Below, in pieces: positions 30,529-39,964 of a stretch of 64,000 nucleotides of DNA. The position numbers were made by a program, and so were the translations under genes. The DNA lies in NCBI GenBank assembly GCA_965223345.1, contig CBDCWG010000012.1, positions 2,656,001 to 2,720,000 on the forward strand. Direction: 5' to 3'. This DNA is from Nitrospinales bacterium. GTDB lineage: Bacteria; Nitrospinota; Nitrospinia; Nitrospinales; VA-1. Within the stretch, counting starts at the first letter, position 1. The number at the start of each line of letters is the position of its first letter. The notes beneath the pieces were generated by a model, which did no database searches, was not told the DNA's origin, and was given only the letters and a program-made list of their open reading frames with translations.

Positions 30529-31764
30529 TCAGCGGCAAATGTCGTTGGCGGTGACGAAATAACGGGTGTTATCGAGAAACGTCTTGCTGCCCTGACGGCT
30601 CAATTGAAAGGTGCGCTGGTTGCCGTCGTTGAAGGCGAAGTGGATCGTCGGCTGGCCGCCCTGCGAGCGGATGCTCCAGGTGCCCGCCCCACCGGCGCGG
30701 CTGTGCGAGGAACCGAAACCGGCGTCGATGTCGAAACTCATCGAGTCACTGCCGCTGTAGGAAAAGCTGCTGTCGCTGCAGAGCGCGTACACGATTTTCG
30801 TGCTGCCGCCGCCCTGGTAATCGCCGAAGGTGGACATGTAGGTCATCTTCATGCCGCGCAGTTTCTGGTCCCACTGCCGCACCAGCGGCGCAACCGACGG
30901 TGCGAACAGGTGCACATCCTCGATCGCCGTGTGGGCGGATGCCTTAAGGTTCGGCCATTGTTCCGGCGTGGTGAGGGCGGTGACGACGAGACCCGGCCCG
31001 CTCGGGGCGGTGAACCCGGCTAAAATGCCCTGCACCTGCGCGCCGTCCAGGGTCCCTGTGACCGGGACCATTTTCCCCGTGCCGCCTTTGACTTTGAGTG
31101 TTTCAGGCGAACCGGAGGGGACGAGGTTCACGCCCTCCTCCTGGTGACCGGACCGCATGCCCTCTTCGACGTCAGCGGGCGTCAATGAGGGTTCCGGCCG
31201 CACCAGAATCAGGCCCGGCGTCGTTTTGGAACCGAGCAGGTAAGCGCCGTCCTGGTTGTTGATCTGGAAGAACCCGCCCGCCAGGGCGAGGGAAAACCCG
31301 TCCTCTTTTTTCGTGAAGCGGCCGGCGCTCTCTTGCGGTGTCGTCTGCGGAGCCGCAGGCTTTGGCGTTTGCGGTGCGGGCTGCGCCAGCGGACCGGGTG
31401 ACTTGGGAGCAGCCGCTTGCCACTTTTGCAGGGAATACGTGGCGCCGCCGGTCAGCAGGGTCAGCACGTTCCCCTTGAGCGCCGCCTGAAACGGATAGCT
31501 GCCTCCGGCGTCGCGGTAGGTGCCCTGAAGGTTCTGTGCGGTTCCCCGCGCGGTGAGCGGATACGACGCGCCGTCCATCTGCGCCGTTCCGGTGTAGCCG
31601 CCCTGCCCTCCTTCAAGCGTGAGTGTCAGGCGTCCGTCGCTGAACGTTCCCGTCAGCGGGTCGGCGATAGCGAAAGACACAGGCAGCAACGCCGCAATGA
31701 ACAGCAGAAAGACGCAGAGGCGCAGGGCCCGCGCGGCACGGAACGGGGTCGGATTCGGGATCAT
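30529..31764 (-). CDS. Exported multi-domain hypothetical protein
   Basis: Signal peptide; Gly/Thr-rich beta domains separated by a Pro-rich linker; AAGGA RBS. Confidence 0.8.
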   Translation of the reverse strand: MIPNPTPFRAARALRLCVFLLFIAALLPVSFAIADPLTGTFSDGRLTLTLEGGQGGYTGTAQMDGASYPLTARGTAQNLQGTYRDAGGSYPFQAALKGNVLTLLTGGATYSLQKWQAAAPKSPGPLAQPAPQTPKPAAPQTTPQESAGRFTKKEDGFSLALAGGFFQINNQDGAYLLGSKTTPGLILVRPEPSLTPADVEEGMRSGHQEEGVNLVPSGSPETLKVKGGTGKMVPVTGTLDGAQVQGILAGFTAPSGPGLVVTALTTPEQWPNLKASAHTAIEDVHLFAPSVAPLVRQWDQKLRGMKMTYMSTFGDYQGGGSTKIVYALCSDSSFSYSGSDSMSFDIDAGFGSSHSRAGGAGTWSIRSQGGQPTIHFAFNDGNQRTFQLSRQGSKTFLDNTRYFVTANDICR

Positions 31765-31861
31765 GATCGCTTCCTTGAATTTTTTTTGCAGTGTAGCAGA
31801 AGCGGTGCTGAGGGAGAACGGGAAACCGCGATGGCTTTTTCGGGAAACCGCGGGAATGGGG

Positions 31862-33184
31862 TCAGGCGGTGTTTCTCAGTTCGCGCAAGTAGCTGAGTTT
31901 TTTCGGGATGACACCGTCCTCGCAGTAATTGTGCTTGGCGAGGATCTTGATGTGGTCGAGCACGCGTTTGCTGCCTTCGAAATGCACGGTCTGGTAGCCT
32001 CTGTCGGCGACGGCGCCGCCGGCCTGCAGCAGGCTCATCACGGATTTGCAGTTGAACTTTTCGTCATCGACGATGAGAAACAGGTCCTCGCCGTGCTGGC
32101 GCGCGATCAGGGAGATGTAGGTGGAGGGACGGGCGTGAAACCCCAGCGGTTTGGGGATGGGCAGCTCCACGCGCAGGATTTTCACGAACTTGGCGGCGAT
32201 TTCTTCGGACAGTTCATTGGCTTTGCGGAGAAAGTGCAGGCTGTAGCGGAAACAGAAGTTGAGGATCGTGCCGAGCAGGATGGACTTGTCCACCATTTCG
32301 GTGATCCTCTGTTTGCATTCGCCGCCGCGGATGTCGTCTTCGTGCCGCTCGTAAAAATGACACAGCCAGAGGACGCCTTCCAGCAGGTGCAGGCTCATGG
32401 AAATGTAGCCGCGCAGATTCTTGACGATGGTGTTTTCCTGTTCGATCTTGGTGTTCTTGACATAGGTGTCGTAGTCGGACTGCACGCTGTGCACCAGTTC
32501 CTTGAAGCCGCGCGCCCGCTTCTCGTCGATGCGGGAAGGAATGAGTTTTTTCAGCTCGGCGAGGTCCTCGGTGGGTTCGACCTTCACCTTCTCCATCATG
32601 CGGCACACTTTCTGGATCTTGTCGCACAGGTCGGTGATCCGCTCTTCCTCGTTCTTGACTTCGTCCTCGGAGATGTTGCGCGGCAGCCGGCGGTTGGCCT
32701 CGATGTCGGCGAATTCGTGCGCCGAGACCGCTTCCTTGTTGAACGCCAGTCCGTTGGCCTGTCCGGACTCGATGACCTGCTGGTACAGATTGAGGATAGA
32801 GCGGTTCAAAAACTTCAGGGCTTTCTGCGCTTCGCGGATGAACCGCTCGTTTTCCTCTTCGCTTTCGCGCAGGTTGTAGTACGGGTAGCGGTCGAGCAGA
32901 TGCTTGATGAAAAAAGCCGTGATCCCGAGGTTGCGGATGCAGGCGACGTATTCGGTGAAGAAGGTCCAGCGCTTGTTCTCGCGGGCGCCGAATTCATCGA
33001 GAAAGCTTTCCAGAAACTCCGCTTCCTGAATGAGATTGGAGTAGAACTTGCGCGAGATTTCCTTGCCCTTGTCGAGCCGCGAGACGAACGAGTTGTAGAT
33101 GCGGAAAAAGAAAGCGGAGGGTTCCTGCACCAGGGGCAGGAATTCGTCCTCGCTCACGATCTGTATCAGGGATTTGGGTTCCAC
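31862..33184 (-). CDS. Large HPr-family protein (long helical N-terminal region plus C-terminal HPr domain)
   Basis: C-terminal GFHARPS (HPr His15 motif) and CKSVMSLL (Ser46 motif); start 33184 or 33235. Confidence 0.85.
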   Translation of the reverse strand: MEPKSLIQIVSEDEFLPLVQEPSAFFFRIYNSFVSRLDKGKEISRKFYSNLIQEAEFLESFLDEFGARENKRWTFFTEYVACIRNLGITAFFIKHLLDRYPYYNLRESEEENERFIREAQKALKFLNRSILNLYQQVIESGQANGLAFNKEAVSAHEFADIEANRRLPRNISEDEVKNEEERITDLCDKIQKVCRMMEKVKVEPTEDLAELKKLIPSRIDEKRARGFKELVHSVQSDYDTYVKNTKIEQENTIVKNLRGYISMSLHLLEGVLWLCHFYERHEDDIRGGECKQRITEMVDKSILLGTILNFCFRYSLHFLRKANELSEEIAAKFVKILRVELPIPKPLGFHARPSTYISLIARQHGEDLFLIVDDEKFNCKSVMSLLQAGGAVADRGYQTVHFEGSKRVLDHIKILAKHNYCEDGVIPKKLSYLRELRNTA

Positions 33185-33298
33185 GCTCCACTCCAAAAAA
33201 AGACCCGGCAAGCCGGGTTCGTCCGACAACGACACCTATTCAGTTTAGCACTCTTTGCAGGGGGATTGCACGCGATCCGCAGCGGCGGGTGGCAGGCG

Positions 33299-33841
33299 TC
33301 AACAGCCCAGGGAGCGGGCGAACGTCTTAGCCGGCAGGTATTTGCGCCAGATGGTGATGTGGGACTGCGGCCCGGAAGGCACGCAGAACTGCGCGAACAG
33401 GAAGTCCGGCTGCGCCGGTTTGCGGACCAGCCGCATGCCGATTTCCGCCAGCGTGTGGCTGCCCTTTTTCAGGTTGCAGGGTTTGCAGGCGACGACGACG
33501 TTGTGCCAGTTGGTCTTGCCGCCGCGCGACTTGGGCCGCACGTGGTCCACCGTGAGCGTGCGGCCGGAATCGCCGCAGTACTGACAGGTGTAGTTGTCAC
33601 GGCGCAGGATGTTCTTCTTGCTGAAGGCGACGCCGCGCTTGCGGTTGCGCTTCACCACTTTCAGGGTGCGGATGACCGCCGGTAGCTGAAACGTCGTCGA
33701 GGGCGAACGCACCACGTGGCCGTTGGCCTCGATGTTTTCCGCCCGTCCGCTCAGGACCATGACGATCGCCCGTTTGGCCGAACAGAACTGCAACGGCTCG
33801 TAGGTGTGGTTGAGCACCAGGATTTTTATCGAATCGAGCAT
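33299..33841 (-). CDS. HNH endonuclease
   Basis: LVLNHTYEP, RDNYTCQYCG, TVDHVRPKSRGG and NVVVACKPCNLKKG. Confidence 0.93.
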   Translation of the reverse strand: MLDSIKILVLNHTYEPLQFCSAKRAIVMVLSGRAENIEANGHVVRSPSTTFQLPAVIRTLKVVKRNRKRGVAFSKKNILRRDNYTCQYCGDSGRTLTVDHVRPKSRGGKTNWHNVVVACKPCNLKKGSHTLAEIGMRLVRKPAQPDFLFAQFCVPSGPQSHITIWRKYLPAKTFARSLGC

Positions 33842-34006
33842 GAGTTCGTCCCCGAATGGGTTAAACTCCCCAAAAAGATAATCTTGGTGAGTTTACAATC
33901 TGCTCCGCGAAACTGTCAATACCTTAAGCGTTTTCGGTTAGAGCGGCGTTCGCGTGCGGTGGGAGCGGAGTGAGAACAAGGTGTTACGGTGGGGTGAGCG
34001 AGAGCG

Positions 34007-35428
34007 TCACAGGATATTGCCGCTGCCCAGCAGTCCCTTGGGATCGAGGGTGGTTTTGATCTTTTTGAGGTCCTGCAATCCCCGCTCGCCCACCATTTTG
34101 GCGAAGTAGGATTTTTTCAGCTTGCCGATCCCGTGTTCGGCGGACACGGTGCCGTTCCACTCGAGAATGCGATCGACCAGGGCGCCGTAGGTCGCTTTCG
34201 CCTTGTCCATCTCGTCTTTGGCGGGCAGCAGGTTGATGTGCAGGTGGTTGTCGCCCAGGTGGCCGAACACGACGTGGTGCAGGCCGCTTTTTGCAAGCTC
34301 CTGCCGGTAGAACCGCATCATTTCGATGAAATGTGCGTCGGGCACCGCCATGTCGGTTCCCACCTTCACGCGGCCCTCGCGGCTGTTTTCCTCGTTCACG
34401 ATCACCGGAATGTCGTGGCGGAAATCGTGGAAGCGCTGCAGGTCCTTCGGGCTCTGTGCGAACCAGGATGCGTCCAACAGCAGCGTCTCTTCGCTCAAAA
34501 ACTCATACCAGCTCTCCAGCAACGCATCGCTCTGTGCTTTTTCGGCCACGTCCTGCTCGAAAAACAGCGCCGCCTGTGCCCCGGCGGGAATGCGTTCGTG
34601 TTTGCCGCGCAGTTTTTCCAATGAAAAGCGGTCGAAGTATTCCAGCGAGCAGGGAGCGAGCGGCGAATCCTTGGATAACGAGCGGATGGCTTCGACGATC
34701 TGCCAGCAGTCCTCTTCCCGTTCGAAAAACAGGATGCCGCTAGTGAATTCCGCCGGCCGGGGAATCAGCTTGAGCTTGAGCTTGGTGAAGATGCCGAGCG
34801 TGCCGTCGGAGCCGATGAACAGATCGAGCCAGTCCATGCCCGGCCGGATGTGATACCCGGCGGCGTTTTTGCAGGCGGGGCTCCGGTATTCGATGTCGGG
34901 GAACGCGATGGCGCTGCCGTCGTCGAGCGGCAACGGCGCATCGATGCTTTGCCCGCGCGCAAGCGTGGCTTTGCGGCCGTCGGCGAGAAACAGGTCGGCT
35001 TCGAGAATGTAGTCGCGGGTGACGCCGTATTTGTAGCTGCGCCCGCCGGAGGCGTTGGTGGCGGCGGTGCCGCCGATCGAGGCCAGCGTTTCGGTGGGGT
35101 TGGGCGGATAGAACCAGACCGTCGGCTTGAGAAGTTCCTGCACCTCGGCCAGGGTGACGGCGGGGCCCACCTCGAGCGCGCCGTTTTCGATTTCGCCACA
35201 GTGATCGAAGCGTTCCATGGAAACGATGACGCCGCCGTGCGGGATGCGCGACGCGTTGAGCCCGGTGCCGGCGCCGGCAATGTGCAGCGGCTGGTCGTTG
35301 CTTTTGAGAAACGCCTGCAACTCGTCCGCGTTTTCCGGAATCACCACTTCCTCGGCGCTGCCGCCGGAATAATTGGAAGCGTCTTTCAAATAGGGAAGGA
35401 TCGCCTGCGGATCGGTTTTGCGGATCAT
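34007..35428 (-). CDS. FAD-linked oxidase (GlcD / D-2-hydroxyacid dehydrogenase family)
   Basis: ASIGG.AATNASG, FIGSDGTLG, GHLGDNHLH, SAEHGIG and DPKG. Confidence 0.92.
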   Translation of the reverse strand: MIRKTDPQAILPYLKDASNYSGGSAEEVVIPENADELQAFLKSNDQPLHIAGAGTGLNASRIPHGGVIVSMERFDHCGEIENGALEVGPAVTLAEVQELLKPTVWFYPPNPTETLASIGGTAATNASGGRSYKYGVTRDYILEADLFLADGRKATLARGQSIDAPLPLDDGSAIAFPDIEYRSPACKNAAGYHIRPGMDWLDLFIGSDGTLGIFTKLKLKLIPRPAEFTSGILFFEREEDCWQIVEAIRSLSKDSPLAPCSLEYFDRFSLEKLRGKHERIPAGAQAALFFEQDVAEKAQSDALLESWYEFLSEETLLLDASWFAQSPKDLQRFHDFRHDIPVIVNEENSREGRVKVGTDMAVPDAHFIEMMRFYRQELAKSGLHHVVFGHLGDNHLHINLLPAKDEMDKAKATYGALVDRILEWNGTVSAEHGIGKLKKSYFAKMVGERGLQDLKKIKTTLDPKGLLGSGNIL

Positions 35429-35477
35429 GATCGAAATGAAACTCCGGAAACGAATTTGAACGGGAAACGGGGTTGTC

Positions 35478-36077
35478 TCAGCGGCGGGTGGATTCCATCA
35501 GGCCGTCTGCCTGCGGCGGCAGGAAACCCTGGTAGCCGTTGTGGCGCTCGATCAGTTCCAGCACGGTGAACACCTCGCCGTTGCGCGTCTCGGGCTGCGT
35601 GAAGATCTGCCGCAGATCGGACCCCGCTGCGCCGACGATGCTGCCGGTGAAGCCGATGCCCTGCCCTTTCATGGCGGCGATGGCGGCGTCGATGTCTTCC
35701 ACCAATACGGCGATGTGGTGGAAGCAGTTGTCGCCGTGCGCGTCCACCCATTTGGGGATGAGGCTGTCTTTCCCCCGCTCGCCCGCGAACGCCTGGTCGA
35801 TGAACAGGGTGGGGAAACCCGGTTTGCGGTACACCTTGGCCCACCACTTGTCGAACTCCAGCACGCCGATGACGGCGTCGTATTCGAATCCCAGGGCCAG
35901 CGCCTCCTTGGCGCGCGCGTCCACATCGTGCGTGCGGATCGTGCAGTGGTCCACCAGCGGCATCAACCCGACCCCGCAGTTCTTCAGCGTTTGCGCGAGA
36001 CCGCGCGCGGCGGCGTTGTTTTCAAGGAATCGCCCGATGTACTCGGCGAAGAAACGGTCTGTGGGAGAGTCGGTCAT
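35478..36077 (-). CDS. VOC-superfamily metalloenzyme (DUF1338/HPPD-like)
   Basis: DHCTIRT, FHHIAV, LRQIFT and ELIER...GF...MEST. Confidence 0.8.
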   Translation of the reverse strand: MTDSPTDRFFAEYIGRFLENNAAARGLAQTLKNCGVGLMPLVDHCTIRTHDVDARAKEALALGFEYDAVIGVLEFDKWWAKVYRKPGFPTLFIDQAFAGERGKDSLIPKWVDAHGDNCFHHIAVLVEDIDAAIAAMKGQGIGFTGSIVGAAGSDLRQIFTQPETRNGEVFTVLELIERHNGYQGFLPPQADGLMESTRR

Positions 36078-36107
36078 GGTCGGGTTCCTTCTATCCAGTG
36101 AGCGGAC

Positions 36108-36272
36108 TCACTCGCTTTTGTCTTCCAGGGTGCGTTTGGTTTCCTCCTCGCGCCGGCGCAATTCCTCCATGTGCGCCTTCGGCTGCTGATGGATGAACTT
36201 TGCGTATTTCGGGAGCAGGATCAGCATGATGACCACGAAGGCTATTGCCAGAATCAGGAATACGGTTTCCAC
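36108..36272 (-). CDS. Small single-TM protein (54 aa), absent from the ORF track
   Basis: AGGAGG RBS then GTG; METVFLILAIAFVVIMLILLPKYAKFIHQQPKAHMEELRRREEETKRTLEDKSE. Confidence 0.75.
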   Translation of the reverse strand: METVFLILAIAFVVIMLILLPKYAKFIHQQPKAHMEELRRREEETKRTLEDKSE

Positions 36273-36568
36273 AAATCCTCCTTTCTGTTGCCGGAAACAA
36301 CGGCTTTACGGGTATTTTAACATTTCAGACGCATTCGCAGGGTAGAAAGCGCATCGCCACCGGCAAAGCCGGCTTCCGTATCGGAGAGCCGCTTTTTCAG
36401 GCGTTATGGCAGCCCTCAAGCGCTGGAAACGCCCATTCTGGCGAATTCGGTCCTGCGGCCCGTATCTGACTGATTCCTCGGGAGGCCTGCGGGCACCTTG
36501 TGTCCGACGGATCAATGTGTTATAGAATTTCCCATCAGACACTTTTCCCCTCGAGGCGACGGATTTTC

Positions 36569-36781
36569 ATGGCCAGGACCTTCAAAACCCTCCTTCTATT
36601 GTGCGCGGCGCTGGGACTTTTGTTTTCAGCCGGATGTGCGGGCGAGGATCCGTATGCGCGGTTGAAACAGACGGAACGGGATTACCGCGACTGTCTGGCC
36701 CAGCACCAGGGCGATGAAAAGGTCTGCACCGCCGCCAAGAGCATCTACGAAAGCGAGCAGGAAAACTACCGCAACCGTTAA
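36569..36781 (+). CDS. Small lipoprotein
   Basis: Lipobox FSAGC; two further Cys in a helical hairpin (DCL...VC). Confidence 0.75.
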   Translation: MARTFKTLLLLCAALGLLFSAGCAGEDPYARLKQTERDYRDCLAQHQGDEKVCTAAKSIYESEQENYRNR

Positions 36782-36812
36782 ACTCCTGCGCGGAGAGCGC
36801 ATTTTCTTGTCC

Positions 36813-36835
36813 CCCTTCGACAAGCTCAGGGTGAC
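36813..36835 (+). repeat. REP-like 23-mer, copy 1
   Basis: CCCTTCGACAAGCTCAGGGTGAC; 22/23 identical to the reverse complement of 63550-63572. Confidence 0.8.
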
Positions 36836-36843
36836 AGGAATTT

Positions 36844-37326
36844 TCACTCCTTGTAGTTCTTACTTCTCAAGCCACTCCAGATTCCGGATAGAAATTGGTT
36901 GAAAGACCACACGTCCGAGTCGAGACAACCGCTTTCGCAAAGGGTTTTGTTTCGCAGCGGGAAATTGATTTCTCTTCCATTTTTCATTTTCAGGGTCAGA
37001 TGGTTGATGTTCAGTTTGTCTTCCGCAGTTTTGAGGGGAAGGACATGGGTTTCCACCTCTCGATAGTCGATAAAGATCCATTCACTACTGTATTGGACTA
37101 AACCACAGAGGCCCAAATGCAGACCGCAGTTGGTGACGACGATCGCATCCTCTCTGGCGATTGGGTGGTTGCGGTAGATGCCCAGTATTTTTTCATTTTC
37201 CTCACAGCTAAAATCCCACTCGGGAATTTCACTTTGCCCGCTTACGATTTCAAAGCTGTCGAGTTTGTGCAGCAGCCATTTCACACGGCAATGGATGGGG
37301 CGCATTAATTTCGGTTCTTTGCGCAT
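36844..37326 (-). CDS. Orphan hypothetical protein with lower GC than its flanks
   Basis: 160 aa ORF with A/T-rich codons. Confidence 0.6.
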   Translation of the reverse strand: MRKEPKLMRPIHCRVKWLLHKLDSFEIVSGQSEIPEWDFSCEENEKILGIYRNHPIAREDAIVVTNCGLHLGLCGLVQYSSEWIFIDYREVETHVLPLKTAEDKLNINHLTLKMKNGREINFPLRNKTLCESGCLDSDVWSFNQFLSGIWSGLRSKNYKE

Positions 37327-37357
37327 GGTTCGAGACCAATCGTTGAATCTATGGTTG

Positions 37358-38029
37358 TCAGTGATCCTTCGATTGTTTTTTCTCTTTCAAAATCTGCATC
37401 GCTCTGGTCTCGGCTTCATCCAGCTTGTCTTTCTGCAGCAACGCGTGGATGGTTTCGTCTTCCAGCAGGCTCAGGAGAAAACGTTTGCGCGCATCGGGGG
37501 TCGGCAGGTGGGTTTTGACGTGCGGGCGCAGTTTGCCTTGAAGCTGGATCTGCCGGATGTCGGTGTCGGAGATGAGTTCGTTGAAGATGGCCTCGGTCTG
37601 TTCGCGGATCCTGCGCGCCATGAGCGGGCTTTTGCCGCCGGTGGACACGGCGATCTGCACGGTGTCCTGGATGTTGATGACGGAGGGATGGCTGAAATCG
37701 CTGGCCTGCGGGTCGTCGGCGGCGTAGGCATAGCAGCGCAGGTCTTTCGCGGCGCTGACGATTCTGCGGTTGAGGTCTTTATCATCGGTGACGGCCAGCA
37801 CCAGGATCAGCCGGTCGTATTGCTTTAAAAACCCGCCATCGGCCACCGTTTCTTCAGTCAGTTTGAGTTTCCCTTCTTTTGCCCTTTGTGCGATGCTTTG
37901 CGAGACGGTCCCAGCGTGCACGTGGATCTCGCAGTCCTGGGTCAGCAACGCCTCGACCTTGCGCGCGGCTTCGTGGCCGCCGCCCACGACGACGACTTGC
38001 TTTCCTTTCAGGTTCAGATCGACGATCAT
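37358..38029 (-). CDS. Precorrin-2 dehydrogenase / sirohydrochlorin ferrochelatase (SirC/Met8, CysG N-terminal type)
   Basis: VVVVGGGHEAARK, DDPQASDFSHP and IAVSTGGKSP. Confidence 0.92.
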   Translation of the reverse strand: MIVDLNLKGKQVVVVGGGHEAARKVEALLTQDCEIHVHAGTVSQSIAQRAKEGKLKLTEETVADGGFLKQYDRLILVLAVTDDKDLNRRIVSAAKDLRCYAYAADDPQASDFSHPSVINIQDTVQIAVSTGGKSPLMARRIREQTEAIFNELISDTDIRQIQLQGKLRPHVKTHLPTPDARKRFLLSLLEDETIHALLQKDKLDEAETRAMQILKEKKQSKDH

Positions 38030-38121
38030 AAAGGGGCGCCCCTTTTTCGCGGTTGAGTTGGAATACCTAGTGGGATCGATGTTCATCTTACAGGATTGCA
38101 AGTGGAATCCTAAACAATAAG

Positions 38122-38892
38122 GTGTTTATGGTTTGCAGGCGATGGTTTTACGCTGTATTTCCGGTTGTTTTTCTGCTCGTTCTTTTCCCCGGCCGCGCCC
38201 TGCCGCTGGAAAAGAGCCAGGTGGCGAAGTACTCCATCACGGTGGAACTCAAACCGTTTTACCCCAGCGAGGTCAAGCGCTACGGCCTGGAGGTAGGGCA
38301 CCCCTACAAATTCGACCTGGAAACGCTGGACCGTTACATGCGCGCGCTGGCGTACCAGAAGAAGCGGTTTTCCTGGTCGCTGGAAAAACGTCTATTCCCG
38401 TCGGCGTTGCACGACCGCATGGTCCAGGCCATCGCGAAACATTATTCCGAGGCGCGGCCGGATCAGCGGGTGGTGTACACGATCAAGAATTCGTCCGGAA
38501 AAACCATGCTGCACGGGGACACCTTTCTCACGCAAAAGGGGCTGCACTGGCGGCTGACGGTGCTGCAGGGCTCGCGCCGCGAGATCGAGGATTTCAGTGT
38601 GGCGGGTGAGAACTGGCGGCTGGTGTCGCGCAACAATCTGGCCTATTTCGTCACACGGCGTTTCGAAAACCACAATGAGAAGGTGAGCAACTGGCTGGTG
38701 TTCAACAAGGTGCGGCCGGAAGCGGGACGGATTGTCCAGGACGCAACGCCTCCCGCCCGCGAGCGGCAGGTCGAAACGCGTCCCAAAAGCGTCAAGAAGC
38801 GGCTTCAGGTGCTTGAGGAGCTGAAGCAGGAAGGGCTGATTTCAGAGCAGGAGTACAGCCGCAAGCGCCTTGAAATCCTGGACGGGCTGTGA
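38122..38892 (+). CDS. Exported SHOCT-domain protein
   Basis: Signal peptide; C-terminal RLQVLEELKQEGLISEQEYSRKRLEIL. Confidence 0.85.
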   Translation: MFMVCRRWFYAVFPVVFLLVLFPGRALPLEKSQVAKYSITVELKPFYPSEVKRYGLEVGHPYKFDLETLDRYMRALAYQKKRFSWSLEKRLFPSALHDRMVQAIAKHYSEARPDQRVVYTIKNSSGKTMLHGDTFLTQKGLHWRLTVLQGSRREIEDFSVAGENWRLVSRNNLAYFVTRRFENHNEKVSNWLVFNKVRPEAGRIVQDATPPARERQVETRPKSVKKRLQVLEELKQEGLISEQEYSRKRLEILDGL

Positions 38893-38913
38893 CCGTCCCC
38901 GCCGCGGGAGCCC

Positions 38914-38943
38914 TTGACAGGCCTGGGGAAAGGCACGTATTCT
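38914..38943 (+). promoter_or_regulatory. Putative sigma70 promoter of the MoxR operon
   Basis: TTGACA (38914-38919), 18 bp spacer, TATTCT (38938-38943). Confidence 0.5.
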
Positions 38944-38978
38944 GAATTTTGCATTGGAACCCATTTACGGAGATCGAC

Positions 38979-39929
38979 TTGAATAAATCGAAACAGGAAC
39001 CGGCGGTTGTCACCATCGACGGGGTGCACCTGAACCTCAGCCGGCCCGACAGCACGCAACCGGAATGGATCGGCCAGGACGAGGTGCTCAAGCAGATTTT
39101 AGCGTGCTGGATGGTGGTCGGTGAGAAGGACCTGCCGCTGTCGCCGCGGATCGTCGGCATGCCGGGAATCGGCAAGACCACGCTGGCGATGGTGGCGGCG
39201 CTCAAGCGCGGCCAGCCGCTGTATATCTTCCAGTGCACCAGCGACACGCGCCCGGAGGATCTGCTGGTCACGCCGGTGCTGGCCGAATCGGGCAAAATCT
39301 CCTACCACGCTTCGCCTCTCGTGAGCGCCATGCTGACCGGCGGGATCTGCATCCTCGATGAGGGCAACCGCATGAACGAGAAGAGCTGGGCCTCGCTCGC
39401 GCCGCTGCTCGATCACCGGCGCTATGTGGAGTCGATCATTGCCGGCATCCAGATTCACGCGCACGCGGAGTTCCGCGCCTGCGTGACGATGAACCGGGAC
39501 GAATCGACGTTCGAGATTCCCGATTACATCCTTTCCCGCCTGCAGCCGACCCTGCCTCTGAGCATGCCGGATCACCGCGACGAAATGGCGATTCTGCAAT
39601 ACCACCTGCCGTTCGCATCCGAAGATCTGCTGCGCATGACGGTGGACTTTCTGCAGAAGTCGCATCAACTGGACCTGGACTTTTCGCCGCGCGACGGCAT
39701 CCACATCTTGCAGTATGCGCTCAAACGCCTGAGCCAGGACAAGGAACACCCGCTGAGCAAGGACGAAGCCTGGCGCGAGGCGGTGACCAAGGTGTTGGGC
39801 GAAGAGGCGATGGACCTGGACGGCATGGCCTCGAAAAAACGCCGCGCCCTAGGAGGCGAACGTATGCCGATGGGACTGGGCGATTTCTTCTTCAATGAGG
39901 ACAGCCCGCTGCACCCGGACGGAGACTGA
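38979..39929 (+). CDS. MoxR/CbbQ-like AAA+ ATPase
   Basis: Walker A GMPGIGKT, Walker B ILDEGNR, sensor TMN, ILSR and FSPRD. Confidence 0.9.
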   Translation: MNKSKQEPAVVTIDGVHLNLSRPDSTQPEWIGQDEVLKQILACWMVVGEKDLPLSPRIVGMPGIGKTTLAMVAALKRGQPLYIFQCTSDTRPEDLLVTPVLAESGKISYHASPLVSAMLTGGICILDEGNRMNEKSWASLAPLLDHRRYVESIIAGIQIHAHAEFRACVTMNRDESTFEIPDYILSRLQPTLPLSMPDHRDEMAILQYHLPFASEDLLRMTVDFLQKSHQLDLDFSPRDGIHILQYALKRLSQDKEHPLSKDEAWREAVTKVLGEEAMDLDGMASKKRRALGGERMPMGLGDFFFNEDSPLHPDGD

Positions 39930-39964
39930 CTCCACAGAGGATTGGCTTCCCGCCTCACAGAGCC

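Noticed and set aside
31619..33685. 688-aa plus-strand ORF
   Set aside because: Antisense to the HPr-fusion and HNH genes
33299..33841. HNH nuclease as part of a defence system or mobile element
   Set aside because: Stand-alone type with host-like codons; no methylase, ATPase or repeats nearby
37325..37340. TGG-TTCGAGA-CCA hairpin resembling a tRNA T-arm or att remnant
   Set aside because: Only a 3-bp stem with a non-consensus loop and no other tRNA arms
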